DNA of 64,000 bases from a virus: the IMG/VR virus record IMGVR_UViG_3300020446_000009, positions 4,560-68,559 of that record; one strand, 5' to 3'. Below, piece after piece: positions 1-9,972 of this stretch. Position 1 is the first letter of the stretch. Each line of letters opens with the position of its first letter. Both the position numbers and the translations under genes were made by a program. The notes beneath the pieces were generated by a model. That model ran no database searches. It was not told the origin of the DNA and saw only the letters and a program-made list of their open reading frames with translations.

Positions 1-2327
1 CCTCCTGCAGACCAAGTAGTTCCATTCCACTCATTTGTTTCAGCTACTGTGGATCCATCCCAACCAAAAACTGATAAAGCAGCATTTTGAGTTCCTGTTC
101 CTCCCTGTCTATATTGGGCTGTAGATAAAGCACCAGCTGTAGACCAAGCAACTCCAGAAAAAGTTTCAGTACAAGTTAATGCAGGATAGCAACCACCAAA
201 TATTAAAGATGTATCCCAAGTACTACCTGCTCCAGCATGATATGCTCTTGCATTATTTATAGCACTATTTGTAGACCATGATGCAATACTACTTGTAAAT
301 TGTGAATTCATCCATTCACAATTATATACAGGGGGATCATAAACTTGTGTAAAAGTTTGAGCTAGAGTAGTAGTAGGATAACTACCGGGATAACCACCCG
401 CTCCTACAACACCAGTACCACTTTGTGAACTACCTTGTGCCCCATATTTATTACAACTATAAGTAGGCCCAACAGACCAAGTACTTCCATCATATAATTC
501 AGTACAACGTGTAAATGAAGGCCATGCACCTGATAAATTTGAAAATCCAGTCATTGCAGCATTTACTGTACCACCTGTTACTCCATAACCAACCCCAGTA
601 GCCATATTGGGCCCCGCAGACCAAGAAGTACCATTATAATCTGCATGAGCACAGTTTCCATAAGCATTTACATTACCACCAGCCATAAGAGCTGAATTAC
701 TAGATTCTCCTGCTTCATTAAATACATGATTATACATAGGAGCAGCGGTTTCTGCTGACCATGAAGTACCATTATAACTTTCAACAGTATTTAACCTACC
801 AGATGGAGAATAATAACCCGCTATTTGCAATGTATCATTTGTAGTTCCTACCATTCCTTGATATCCCTTAGCAGAAGGGATTGCAGTTTCAGATGCCCAA
901 CTAGTACCATTATATTGTTCATGACATGTTCTATATGTAGGAGTAGTGTACCCACCAGTTCTAACAGCTGCATTTTGTGTTCCTGTTCCTCTAGTAGCAT
1001 AAAGAGCATAAATATTATTACCACCAGTACTCCAAGAAGATCCATCCCATTCTTCAGTAGCACTTGTATATGATGGATTATTATAACCACTAAATATTAC
1101 CGCCGAATTTTCTGATTCTCCAGCCCCTCCTCCTCCTTGTCTAGAAGTAGATATTGAAGATATAGTATTATAAGTACAAATTGTTAACCCACTTCCTCCT
1201 TGTTGAGGGATTACTGGTGTTTCACACCATACATAAGTTCCAGTAGTGGAAGGATAACTACCAGGATATCCTCCTGCTCCAACAACAGAAGTGCTAGTTT
1301 GACTTGTTCCCTGGGATCCATATCTATTTGTTGGTCCATTAGGTCCTGTTGACCATGAGGTACCATTATATGTTTCAGTCCAAATATAATTAAAACTAGG
1401 CCAAGAAGCAGGCACTGCGGCATGTCCTAAAAAGGAAGCATTTACAGTTCCGGCACCTTGAGCATATCCTCTACCATTATTTAAACAAGCACCAGCTGAC
1501 CATGAACTTCCATCCCATATATAGTGATCACATCTACCTGGGGACCATGAAGGTGCTTTATATCCTCCAAAAGTAGAAGCACTATCTGAACTTTCTCCTG
1601 CTCCTCCTGGTTGATGTGAACCTCCTCCGGGTACAGAAGTATTTGATGACCAAGATGAACCATTATATATTTGGGAAGTGGATAAATAAGAGGGTGCTAC
1701 ATATCCTCTTGCTGTTATAAAAGAATTTGTTGTTCCTGCTCCTGATCCTCTAGTTTGGTTAGAAGGAGAATTAGGACCAGTTGCCCATGAAGAACCATTA
1801 TAAGTTTCCATCCAACATCTATAAGCAGGAGCACAATAACCCCCTAAATATATGGCCGCATCAGCAGTTCCCGCTGATATTTCTTGATGGTACATTCTTC
1901 TAATTAAAGCACCACCAGCAGACCAAGATGAGCCATTATATTCTTCAGTACATTGAACACATTGACTTGAAGGATTTATATAACCACCCCATATTACTGT
2001 AGCATCACCAGTAGCTCCTGCTCCACCACCCCAAGCTCTACCTGTTGATATATTTGTGATTGACGAATAAGCGCATGTCCCGGGTTGAGCTGCTACATAA
2101 GGAACTAATTGACATGTAAAAGCACAAGTACCACCATATAAATTTTCCTCTAAAAAAGTACTTCCAGAAAAGAAAGAGCTAGGCCAACTACCAGAATAGT
2201 AGCTATAGTACATTTTATTTTCATTATCACACCAGAATAAAGTTCCAGGATCTGTTGTTTTATATTCGGCAGAAGATGTACCTACAAAAAATGAACCGCT
2301 AATTGATAAGTCTTGTAAAAATGCCAT
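1..2327 (-). CDS. Tail fibre / receptor-binding protein with Kelch-like beta-propeller repeats (runs off left edge; absent from ORF track)
   Basis: Manual translation from ATG at 2327 (MAFLQDLSISGSFFVGTSSAEY...) stays open to position 3. It has repeated TEEYNGSSWSAGG-type motifs about every 45 aa, like ORFs 2330..3403 and 9973..13578. Confidence 0.85.
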   Translation of the reverse strand, partial: MAFLQDLSISGSFFVGTSSAEYKTTDPGTLFWCDNENKMYYSYYSGSWPSSFFSGSTFLEENLYGGTCAFTCQLVPYVAAQPGTCAYSSITNISTGRAWGGGAGATGDATVIWGGYINPSSQCVQCTEEYNGSSWSAGGALIRRMYHQEISAGTADAAIYLGGYCAPAYRCWMETYNGSSWATGPNSPSNQTRGSGAGTTNSFITARGYVAPSYLSTSQIYNGSSWSSNTSVPGGGSHQPGGAGESSDSASTFGGYKAPSWSPGRCDHYIWDGSSWSAGACLNNGRGYAQGAGTVNASFLGHAAVPASWPSFNYIWTETYNGTSWSTGPNGPTNRYGSQGTSQTSTSVVGAGGYPGSYPSTTGTYVWCETPVIPQQGGSGLTICTYNTISSISTSRQGGGGAGESENSAVIFSGYNNPSYTSATEEWDGSSWSTGGNNIYALYATRGTGTQNAAVRTGGYTTPTYRTCHEQYNGTSWASETAIPSAKGYQGMVGTTNDTLQIAGYYSPSGRLNTVESYNGTSWSAETAAPMYNHVFNEAGESSNSALMAGGNVNAYGNCAHADYNGTSWSAGPNMATGVGYGVTGGTVNAAMTGFSNLSGAWPSFTRCTELYDGSTWSVGPTYSCNKYGAQGSSQSGTGVVGAGGYPGSYPTTTLAQTFTQVYDPPVYNCEWMNSQFTSSIASWSTNSAINNARAYHAGAGSTWDTSLIFGGCYPALTCTETFSGVAWSTAGALSTAQYRQGGTGTQNAALSVFGWDGSTVAETNEWNGTTWSAG

Positions 2328-2329
2328 AA

Positions 2330-3403
2330 TTAAGATGATAATAAAGTATTTGATCCTGAAGCATATGCCCCTAATATAGTAGTACCAATTCCTCCTGGTG
2401 TATTTTCGAGTACATAAGATACTGCTAATGAATTACAATTATCCCAACCACTAAATGCTATGGCATTACCTGATCCATTGGCATTATCCCCACCTCCTGT
2501 ATACCAAACTGAGGGTAAATTAAGTGGAGAAGTTGACCAAGAGGTACCATCAAATGTTTCTACAACACAAGTTACCCCTGAGGGAGTGCTTCCTCCTATT
2601 ATATAAGTATCATTAGTTGTACCCGCAGAACCATGAGATGTTTTAGCTGTAATTCCATTGGGTCCTGAAGACCATGCCGTACCATTATATGTAGATGATT
2701 CTACTCTAGCACAATATGGTGATACAAATTGTCTTCCACCTTGGTATATAGCTGCATTTTGTGTTCCTGTCGAAGTAAAATATTGTCTTTTATTAATATT
2801 ATTTCCTCCATTTGACCAACTACTTCCATCATATTCTTGGGTTGCAGATTGAACGGAATATGATGGTCCTACACCCCCAAATGCTAAAGCAGCATTTTCA
2901 ACACCATTACCTGCTAAACCATATCTATTATAAGACATACTTCCACCTATTGTCCAAGAAGTACCATCATAATGTTGGGTTTTACCAGAACAAACAAATT
3001 TACCAGGAGCACCAGAGCATCTATCTCCAATTTCTAAGCCTGAAGATGTTCCAGTTCCTGCCCTTCCTCCTTTTACTTTTCCAAATAGTAAATTTCCCCC
3101 TGATGACCAAGAAATACCATTATATTCTTGTGTATCATTTGTATATATAGTACCAGGAGCACCCCCAGCTGCTGAAAAAGCATCATTAGCTGTTCCTACT
3201 GCGTTTCCATAAAGTTTTTGAGTAATTTGTGCTGCAGCAGAAGTCCAGGCATTACTTCCTGCTTGACAGCAAGTATAATATACTCTATTTTCTTCTAAAT
3301 TATAAAATAAACTACCAACTGAACTTGTATTAGCTGAAGATGTTGATACAAATAAAGGTAAAGTAAATGACCCAGTTACTGCGGTATTTAAATATTCTGC
3401 CAT
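2330..3403 (-). CDS. Receptor-binding/tail-associated protein with one Kelch-like propeller block
   Basis: About six (T/Q)EY(N/D)GxSWSxGG repeats; short N-terminal anchor resembling neighbours. Confidence 0.75.
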   Translation of the reverse strand: MAEYLNTAVTGSFTLPLFVSTSSANTSSVGSLFYNLEENRVYYTCCQAGSNAWTSAAAQITQKLYGNAVGTANDAFSAAGGAPGTIYTNDTQEYNGISWSSGGNLLFGKVKGGRAGTGTSSGLEIGDRCSGAPGKFVCSGKTQHYDGTSWTIGGSMSYNRYGLAGNGVENAALAFGGVGPSYSVQSATQEYDGSSWSNGGNNINKRQYFTSTGTQNAAIYQGGRQFVSPYCARVESSTYNGTAWSSGPNGITAKTSHGSAGTTNDTYIIGGSTPSGVTCVVETFDGTSWSTSPLNLPSVWYTGGGDNANGSGNAIAFSGWDNCNSLAVSYVLENTPGGIGTTILGAYASGSNTLLSS

Positions 3404-3799
3404 TTATAATATATTTGATGAGCTAATATGTAGCCATTCTTGATTAATTTCATTCCAATAATATAATCCTCCAAATGATCCTGTAGGTTTAGGTACAGGT
3501 GGTTCCCATTTAAATGAACTAGTATTTAAAGTCCAAGATGTATGGGGTTGAGGTTTGTAAAATACATCTAATTCACTATCATATTTCCACCCTACCCCAG
3601 CAAAATTTCCTCTTAATGCTTTAGATTGGTCTTCAGAAGGATTATCTGAATTTGCCTGGTAGTGTATTCCTTCTCTTGTGTTATAAGAAGTTTGTATCCA
3701 TTGTCCTTCTTCTTCACTTTTATAAGTATCAAAAAATTCTTGACTACCTTTTAATACTTCTGTTACTGTACCATTAACTACTCTTGCAAAATATGCCAT
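3404..3799 (-). CDS. Small tail-fibre accessory protein, companion of Gly-rich fibre tips
   Basis: MAYFARV...WIQTSYN...LRGNFAGVGWKYD...PQPHTSWTLN...WEPPVPKP pattern recalled from small genes next to Gly-rich fibres in aquatic phages. Confidence 0.6.
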   Translation of the reverse strand: MAYFARVVNGTVTEVLKGSQEFFDTYKSEEEGQWIQTSYNTREGIHYQANSDNPSEDQSKALRGNFAGVGWKYDSELDVFYKPQPHTSWTLNTSSFKWEPPVPKPTGSFGGLYYWNEINQEWLHISSSNIL

Positions 3800-3803
3800 A
3801 ATA

Positions 3804-4835
3804 TTATAATGTTGGGGTAAAATAACCTGATTCAGTAAATGTATGAACTATATGAGGGCCGCTAGTTGATATCGTCCCTCCTGTAGCACAAGCTGAAGAG
3901 CCACAATATCTAACTATTACTATCCCAGATCCACCAGTACAACCAGCTCCTCCACCTCCACCAGTGTTAACTCCTCCTGAAGATTGGATACCACTTTGTC
4001 CCGAAGACATCCCAGCACCACCACCTGCTCCTGTGCCTCCTCCTCCTTGACCACCAACTCCTACTGAACCAGGTGATCCTTCAGCATATATCCCACCTCC
4101 TCCACCTCCTGCATAATAAGTAGGAGTTCCTGTGATTGAAGATTGTAATCCATCTCCCCCATTTCCCGATTTATGTGGTGTTGCACTACATCCTGTATTA
4201 CCAGCTGCACCCCCACCACCAGAATTATAGTCACGATCACTAAAAGAAGACCAAGTACTACCAGGTGCACCAGGGCATCCTTGATCCGCAGTATGGGCAC
4301 CACCTCCAGGACTAGAAGACCAACCTGAAGATCCTCCTCCACCTGATCCCCCAGAGCAACCTGCTCTACCAACATTCCAAGGACCCCAATCTCCTCCTGC
4401 TCCTCCTCCATCAGAGGTTATAGTACAGGTACCATTAGTAAGGGTACTATCATCCCCATTAGTGAAAACACTTCCTCCTGATCCTACAGTTACTGTCCAA
4501 GCAGTATTATCTTGAATGCATATAGTACTTTCAGCTGTGGATCCACCTCCACTAGATTCTCCTATTACAGATGAACGATATCCACCAGCTCCACCTCCAC
4601 CATCACCACTACCAGGGCCACCTCCACCGCCACCGGCAACAACAAGATATTCTAAATCATATGATGGTGGTGTAGGAAGATAACTACTAAAGTCACTACT
4701 ACCACAAAATACAAATTTACTATTTGAATTATTCCACCATAAGTATCCTCCACTAGAAGTATTAAATGCAGATTCACTTAAATTAAAATTTGGAGAAGAA
4801 CTTCCTGAAAAAGATGTATTTAGTAAAAAAGCCAT
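3804..4835 (-). CDS. Glycine-rich (polyglycine sandwich) adhesin / fibre tip protein
   Basis: EYLVVAGGGGGG...GGGAGGYR, YYAGGGGGG, NTGGGGGAG, GGSGIVIVRY, HTFTESG motifs of the phage Gly-rich domain. Confidence 0.75.
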   Translation of the reverse strand: MAFLLNTSFSGSSSPNFNLSESAFNTSSGGYLWWNNSNSKFVFCGSSDFSSYLPTPPSYDLEYLVVAGGGGGGPGSGDGGGGAGGYRSSVIGESSGGGSTAESTICIQDNTAWTVTVGSGGSVFTNGDDSTLTNGTCTITSDGGGAGGDWGPWNVGRAGCSGGSGGGGSSGWSSSPGGGAHTADQGCPGAPGSTWSSFSDRDYNSGGGGAAGNTGCSATPHKSGNGGDGLQSSITGTPTYYAGGGGGGIYAEGSPGSVGVGGQGGGGTGAGGGAGMSSGQSGIQSSGGVNTGGGGGAGCTGGSGIVIVRYCGSSACATGGTISTSGPHIVHTFTESGYFTPTL

Positions 4836-4864
4836 ATCATATTATATATGATAAATATGGTTTA

Positions 4865-5812
4865 TTAAATAGAACTTAATACTGTATTTATGTCAAATAT
4901 CTGTTTTACATCCATATAAGGGCATTCATGAATATTATTTTCAAATTGATAATCAAAAGTATAAGAACCTATAAGTTGGTTAGCCTTTTTAGGTAATTTT
5001 GCCGTTAAATTAGTATGTAAATTATAACCAAATACATTAGGTGAAGTACCTACCCATAATACTGTAGATTTTTTATTTAAAGCAGCCGCAGCGTGTTGTA
5101 AACAAGAATCAATTAAAGCAAGTTTTTCTGCTTTTACTACTAAAGAAAATAATTCCATATTAGACATTTTTTGATCTAATCTTTCTACATTATCTAATTT
5201 ATAACCATTTGGTCTAGTTATTTGAATAATATGGTATTGTTGATAATACTTTTTAACTATCTCCTGAGCTATTTCTATAGGCATATCTCTAGTCCAGGAA
5301 TATGAATATTTTTGGCCTTCCATAGGTCCACCTCCAGATTGAATTACCATTATAGGTTTTGGTCTATCCCATAATCCTAAAAGCATACCTTGAGGGTAAT
5401 TAGGTAAAATAACAGGGGATTGTTTTTTATATTCTATATCCATTAAATCACACCAATTATGTACTAAATGTTTTTTCTTAGTAATATGGTCTGATTGATT
5501 ATATGGTTCATGTTTTGAAATAATTACATCTTTTCCTTCAATATAATCTTCATAAAAATATGGAGCTTGACCCAATTGAAATATTCTATCCACATCTGAA
5601 TTATTTAAAAATACTTCAGGCCAAGAAGTAACCATTATTAATTTGCGATCAGGATATTTAGTTTTAATATCTTTAATTAAAGCGGTACCAGCAATATTTT
5701 TACCTAAACCACCCTGAATATGCCATATAAAATTTTTTCCTTCAGAAATAGGTTTTGTTTTTTCTGATTGGGTAATTATTTGTTTAGGTTGGTAAGTATA
5801 TCCTTGTTGCAT
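4865..5812 (-). CDS. Glycosyltransferase, GT9/heptosyltransferase-like (GT-B fold)
   Basis: N-terminal GGLGKNI loop and C-terminal IDSCLQHAAAALNKKSTVLW, matching the GT9 DS-x-x-H-x-A-A-A-L motif. Confidence 0.7.
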   Translation of the reverse strand: MQQGYTYQPKQIITQSEKTKPISEGKNFIWHIQGGLGKNIAGTALIKDIKTKYPDRKLIMVTSWPEVFLNNSDVDRIFQLGQAPYFYEDYIEGKDVIISKHEPYNQSDHITKKKHLVHNWCDLMDIEYKKQSPVILPNYPQGMLLGLWDRPKPIMVIQSGGGPMEGQKYSYSWTRDMPIEIAQEIVKKYYQQYHIIQITRPNGYKLDNVERLDQKMSNMELFSLVVKAEKLALIDSCLQHAAAALNKKSTVLWVGTSPNVFGYNLHTNLTAKLPKKANQLIGSYTFDYQFENNIHECPYMDVKQIFDINTVLSSI

Positions 5813-5813
5813 A

Positions 5814-6476
5814 TTAAAATTTTAATTCAGTTAAACTACCTTCTTCCCCAAATCCTACTTCGGGTACAATATTAAATGCTACACTACAACGTGTAGTTTT
5901 TGATTTATTTAAGGGTACTGAATGATGTAAATAAGAAGGAAACATTAAAAACAAACCAGGATTAAATTGAATATCAAAATGTTCCCAAGCATATTTTAAA
6001 TTTCTTTTATCATTAACTCTTTTAGGAGAAATATATGATGTATTAAATCCACCCATCATTTTATGCAATCTAATTGCTGGAGTTTTTTCCTCTGGTTGGC
6101 CAAAATAAAATACTCCCGAAATTAAACTATTAGGATGGGTATGTTGTGTATGATGTTGTCCTGGATGTTTATAGGATAACCATGATTGGCCAAATCTATA
6201 GGATTTATAATCATAAGCTAACATATCTCCATAAGTTTTAGCTACTCCTAAAATAAAAGTTTTTAAACCTTTACATTCAGGTTCATCTAAAAGATAAGAA
6301 TTAGATGATCTATCCCCATAATTAGCTACATCTACTCCCTCTTCTTTACTATCACCAGCCATTTCTTGTTTATAAAAAAATTCAGTTAAATAACCAAAAG
6401 ATTCGGGTAATTGGGTAGTAAATACTGGAGTGGGGAATAACTCTATTACTTCATATTTAATTTTTTCTTCATGCAT
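5814..6476 (-). CDS. 2OG-Fe(II) oxygenase, TIGR02466-like
   Basis: LFPTPV, HTHPNSLISGVFY, FPSYLHHSV, RCSVAFN. Likely start is ATG 6476, overlapping the upstream stop. Confidence 0.8.
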   Translation of the reverse strand: MHEEKIKYEVIELFPTPVFTTQLPESFGYLTEFFYKQEMAGDSKEEGVDVANYGDRSSNSYLLDEPECKGLKTFILGVAKTYGDMLAYDYKSYRFGQSWLSYKHPGQHHTQHTHPNSLISGVFYFGQPEEKTPAIRLHKMMGGFNTSYISPKRVNDKRNLKYAWEHFDIQFNPGLFLMFPSYLHHSVPLNKSKTTRCSVAFNIVPEVGFGEEGSLTELKF

Positions 6477-7110
6477 AACGACCAAATATTATTTCTGATA
6501 TTGTTTCCTGTTCTCCTAAAGTACCTTTAGTTAAAGCATTTACACCAAGTGCTTTTCTTACTCTATTAGTTCTATTAGGTGGTACACCATGACTTAACCA
6601 TGATGGAAAAATAATAAAATTATTTTGTTTAGGTGTAAAATATATTTCTTCTTGAGAAAATGGGTGTTTTTGATAATCATCTAATAATGCTGGTTCAAAG
6701 TATGAACGATTAAATGATCTTACTTCTTTAGAAAAACATATAGCAGAATCATTAGGTTGAACATCATAATAAAATACCCCGGCCAATAAAGTATTTGGGT
6801 GGGTATGTGCTTTATGAAACATACCAGGTTGTTTATATGTTAACCAAGATTGTGCAAATTCTAATTTTTTATATTTGTAACGCATTATATCAGTTGCATA
6901 TTCTTCAAAACATTTCATAAAAAAATTATTTAAAGACTTACAAACAGGATGATCTATAATATATGAATTTTTAGATATTTCCCCATATGCTGCCTGAGAG
7001 GCACGATTCATTGGTTGAGCATCAAAATATTTTACTACCTCGCTAGTATCTCCCTCATATGTGTTTACATAAAGAGCAGTTGGAAAAATTGGATGTATTT
7101 CTGCAGACAT
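6469..7110 (-). CDS. 2OG-Fe(II) oxygenase, TIGR02466-like (paralogue of 5814..6476)
   Basis: IFPTALY, HTHPNTLLAGVFY, FPSWLSHGV, RKALGVN. Confidence 0.8.
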   Translation of the reverse strand: MSAEIHPIFPTALYVNTYEGDTSEVVKYFDAQPMNRASQAAYGEISKNSYIIDHPVCKSLNNFFMKCFEEYATDIMRYKYKKLEFAQSWLTYKQPGMFHKAHTHPNTLLAGVFYYDVQPNDSAICFSKEVRSFNRSYFEPALLDDYQKHPFSQEEIYFTPKQNNFIIFPSWLSHGVPPNRTNRVRKALGVNALTKGTLGEQETISEIIFGRYA

Positions 7111-7128
7111 TATCCTTAATGTATAAAA

Positions 7129-7725
7129 TTATTGGTTGGGAGACACGAAATTAAAAGCAATAGATATACGTTCCGAATCTGTATTGTTTCTCTCTACTGA
7201 ATGTTTAACCCAAGAGGGGAATAAATAAAACATAGATTCCTTAGTAATACATGGTACCGTCATTGCATTAGCCATTGTTTGTTCCCTTTCTACTTTAGAA
7301 GTCAAGAAAAATTCGGCATTATCTCCTCTATGCAACAATAAATTCCCCATATTTTTTTCAGGAACTTGAACATAATATGTACCACTTAATACACTATTTT
7401 GATGGTCATGTTGTTCATTATAATCGTATTTACCATTAATATTTATCCACCAATTTCCTAATATTAAATTTGATGTACCCATGTAGCGCCGCGGTACATC
7501 ATTAACAAATACAGTTAATTCATTAAATAATTGCTCAAGTGATGAAGGAATAGGGGTAATAAGTTCTCCACTATGCCATCCACCCCTATTTGATATATTG
7601 ACACCAGGTTTTTCATTTTTAACCTTATAACAATATTCCACTATTGGTTTATTATCAATATCTTCTACGGGGCATTCCCAAACCGGAGTTGCCCACCATA
7701 ACCTTTCAAAAACCTTAAATTCCAT
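7129..7725 (-). CDS. 2OG-Fe(II) oxygenase, TIGR02466-like
   Basis: SNRGGWHS, WININ, HDHQNSVLSGTYY, FPSWVKHSV, RISIAFN. Confidence 0.85.
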   Translation of the reverse strand: MEFKVFERLWWATPVWECPVEDIDNKPIVEYCYKVKNEKPGVNISNRGGWHSGELITPIPSSLEQLFNELTVFVNDVPRRYMGTSNLILGNWWININGKYDYNEQHDHQNSVLSGTYYVQVPEKNMGNLLLHRGDNAEFFLTSKVEREQTMANAMTVPCITKESMFYLFPSWVKHSVERNNTDSERISIAFNFVSPNQ

Positions 7726-7734
7726 AACTTTATT

Positions 7735-8355
7735 TTATCTAAAGGGACGTCCGCCAGTCCAAAATACTAAACAACGTCTTTCTCCTCTTGTAATTGGTTT
7801 TACTCTATGCATACAAAAAGCAGGAAATACTACTACATCTCCTTTTTCTCTTGGTACAGTTAAAAAATTATCTTTACCACCTAACCAAATTTCAAAATCA
7901 CCACCCTCATAGTCATTAGAATCTGATAATTGAACAGTCATAGCTAATTTACGTTTATTAACACTATATGCTCCTATATCCATATGCCAATCCAAATGTC
8001 CTCCATCTTCAGGATAAATTACATAATGAATAGGATCAGTAACAATATCAATATCAAAGTGAAATACTTTTTGATTTGCCTCTACAGCCATTGGAAATAA
8101 CAATTCATATAACCATTGAGAATGTTTTTCAGGGCGAATATAAGCTATATCCCTATTATTAGTTTTATATGAATCCGTAACATTCCCCATTTCTTCAGTT
8201 CCTGTTTTACCTTTTGAAAATTCATAATTAGAATGAACCATATCAGTTAATTCTTTAATCATTTGATCACTAAATACATTTTTATAATAATAAAATGTAT
8301 TCCAATTTGATTGGGGTTGAAAATTATTATAAGGGATAAGTGGGAAATTACTCAT
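7735..8355 (-). CDS. 2OG-Fe(II) oxygenase (PKHD/prolyl-hydroxylase-like)
   Basis: WHMD (HxD), RKLAMTVQLS, YEGGDF, FPAFCMHRVKPITRGERRCLVFW. Confidence 0.85.
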   Translation of the reverse strand: MSNFPLIPYNNFQPQSNWNTFYYYKNVFSDQMIKELTDMVHSNYEFSKGKTGTEEMGNVTDSYKTNNRDIAYIRPEKHSQWLYELLFPMAVEANQKVFHFDIDIVTDPIHYVIYPEDGGHLDWHMDIGAYSVNKRKLAMTVQLSDSNDYEGGDFEIWLGGKDNFLTVPREKGDVVVFPAFCMHRVKPITRGERRCLVFWTGGRPFR

Positions 8356-8938
8356 TTTCTTCTAATTTATGGTGGCAAAACCATCCTGTTAAAACATATT
8401 TTGTTTGTGTAGGTGAAGGTACACCCCTATGTAAATACATCCAATCTGAAGGCCAAATTAATAATTTACCTTGTTTTGGGGTTTCAAAATGATGTTGGTA
8501 AAAAAATTCTGTTTCTCCCCTGTCAGTAACATCATTTAAATATACCATCCATACTAATACTCTACTTGAATGTTTTAATCCTGCTCTTTCACAATGCCAA
8601 GTAGAAAAACCTTCTTCAGGAAGATAACGTTGCATATTAAAATGGGACCAAATTCTAAATGGATCCATTTTTTCCATAGCATATTGGTGCCTTAAAGAAT
8701 AATCATTTTGAGATTTTTCAATTATATCAACTAAATTTTGGAGTAAAGGACCCCAAGTATCATGTTTTAAATACCCAGGATGGAAAGTTATATCAGTAGA
8801 TTTTTTACCTGAATCAGAACTTTCTCCCTCGGGTCCATATAAAACACCAGGTGTTTTTTCATCTGATGCTTCAAATTTATCTATAAATGCTTGACATAAT
8901 TCAGGCGATAAGGCATTTTCTTTACGATACAGAAACAT
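8348..8938 (-). CDS. 2OG-Fe(II) oxygenase (2OG-FeII_Oxy_3 type)
   Basis: WHCE (HxE), RVLVWMVYLNDV, GETEF, WPSDWMYLHRG, KYVLTGW. Confidence 0.85.
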   Translation of the reverse strand: MFLYRKENALSPELCQAFIDKFEASDEKTPGVLYGPEGESSDSGKKSTDITFHPGYLKHDTWGPLLQNLVDIIEKSQNDYSLRHQYAMEKMDPFRIWSHFNMQRYLPEEGFSTWHCERAGLKHSSRVLVWMVYLNDVTDRGETEFFYQHHFETPKQGKLLIWPSDWMYLHRGVPSPTQTKYVLTGWFCHHKLEENE

Positions 8939-8941
8939 ATA

Positions 8942-9628
8942 TTATTTTTGTTCTGTAGATTGTTGCAATTGAAGTTTTGCTTCCTTAAAGCTTAATAAAT
9001 TACCATCTTGTTTTTGCAACCTTTCTACTGTTTTAAGTGGTCCTACAGCATTAATAACTTCAGCCGGGCCTGCATTTGGTCCTAAAGCCTGTGCCCTATT
9101 AGTTAATGCTAAACGATAAGAAGTAGCTTGATGGGTATTTACATCTTTAGTATCAAATGTACCATCATCTAATTCATCTTTTAATTTAGACCAAGTTTTT
9201 AATTCACGAACACGATCATGTGCTACTTGTTCCATATTAGCTCTGCCATACAAACTTTCATCTAAATCAATTTGAATTTTTCTTTGTTTAAAATCATCTC
9301 CTTCCTCAATTGCCTTTTGCATTTTTGCTTCTAGCTTTTCACGTCTTAAAGCAGCGCGACGCATATCAAATGAAAGACCCATTAAAGCATCAAAATGAGC
9401 AGACATTTCTCTTACTGATTGCCAATATTTTGAAGCGGCAGTTGGATGTTTACCATCATTAAGTACTGAAATACGCATCTCTGTTTCAGTACGGAAAATT
9501 TGTTTTTTAGTCCAATTATCAGTAAGTTCTTCTTTTAATTGAAGTATAGATTGAGCATCCTCTTGTTTGAGAACGCTCAATATAGGTTTTAAGTCTTCTG
9601 TTACGACTAGATCTTTTTCTTTAGTCAT
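8942..9628 (-). CDS. Conserved coiled-coil phage protein in the tail-fibre region (possible chaperone)
   Basis: FRTETEMRISVLND, HPTAASKYWQSVRE, long charged helices; first gene after a host-type promoter. Confidence 0.5.
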   Translation of the reverse strand: MTKEKDLVVTEDLKPILSVLKQEDAQSILQLKEELTDNWTKKQIFRTETEMRISVLNDGKHPTAASKYWQSVREMSAHFDALMGLSFDMRRAALRREKLEAKMQKAIEEGDDFKQRKIQIDLDESLYGRANMEQVAHDRVRELKTWSKLKDELDDGTFDTKDVNTHQATSYRLALTNRAQALGPNAGPAEVINAVGPLKTVERLQKQDGNLLSFKEAKLQLQQSTEQK

Positions 9629-9650
9629 GTTTATAACTTTAGTTTATGAA

Positions 9651-9682
9651 TTAATATACAACTTTATTTTTAGTATTCCAAA
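9651..9682 (-). promoter_or_regulatory. Bacteroidota-type housekeeping-sigma promoter driving the oxygenase/GT9 cassette
   Basis: Minus strand TTTG-N20-TATATTAA, same geometry as four copies in the early region. Confidence 0.6.
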
Positions 9683-9940
9683 TTATGCTTCAGGAAGAGA
9701 ATATGTTACTGCCGATCCACTATTAGGTCCTTCAGTAATAAAAGAACCAGAAATAGAAGCGGATACTAGTGTTTGTGCTTCAGAAAATGTTTTTTCAGTA
9801 GCTCCTACTCTAGATGCCCAAGAAGTATTTTCTGTAGTCCATACTTCACCAGGATGTCCTGCAACATGAGCAACTTCGTTTTCAGCATGGGTAATAAACC
9901 CTTTTCCTGTGTTTGTAGCGTGGTAATATTTTAGTGCCAT
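9683..9940 (-). CDS. Small virion-associated hypothetical protein
   Basis: 85 aa ORF right after a late-type motif; contains SASISGSF and SGS motifs like the structural proteins. Confidence 0.55.
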   Translation of the reverse strand: MALKYYHATNTGKGFITHAENEVAHVAGHPGEVWTTENTSWASRVGATEKTFSEAQTLVSASISGSFITEGPNSGSAVTYSLPEA

Positions 9941-9972
9941 GATTAAATTATTTTATTATAAATATATTATTT

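Noticed and set aside
825-3150. Short ORFs listed in the track (825, 848, 1211, 1481, 2658, 2812)
   Set aside because: All lie within the long minus-strand propeller genes 1..2327 and 2330..3403.
4865-8938. DNA hypermodification (TET/JBP-like) role for the oxygenases and GT
   Set aside because: No TET/JBP or methyltransferase signature recognised and the context is tail fibres; disfavoured but not excluded without nucleoside analysis.
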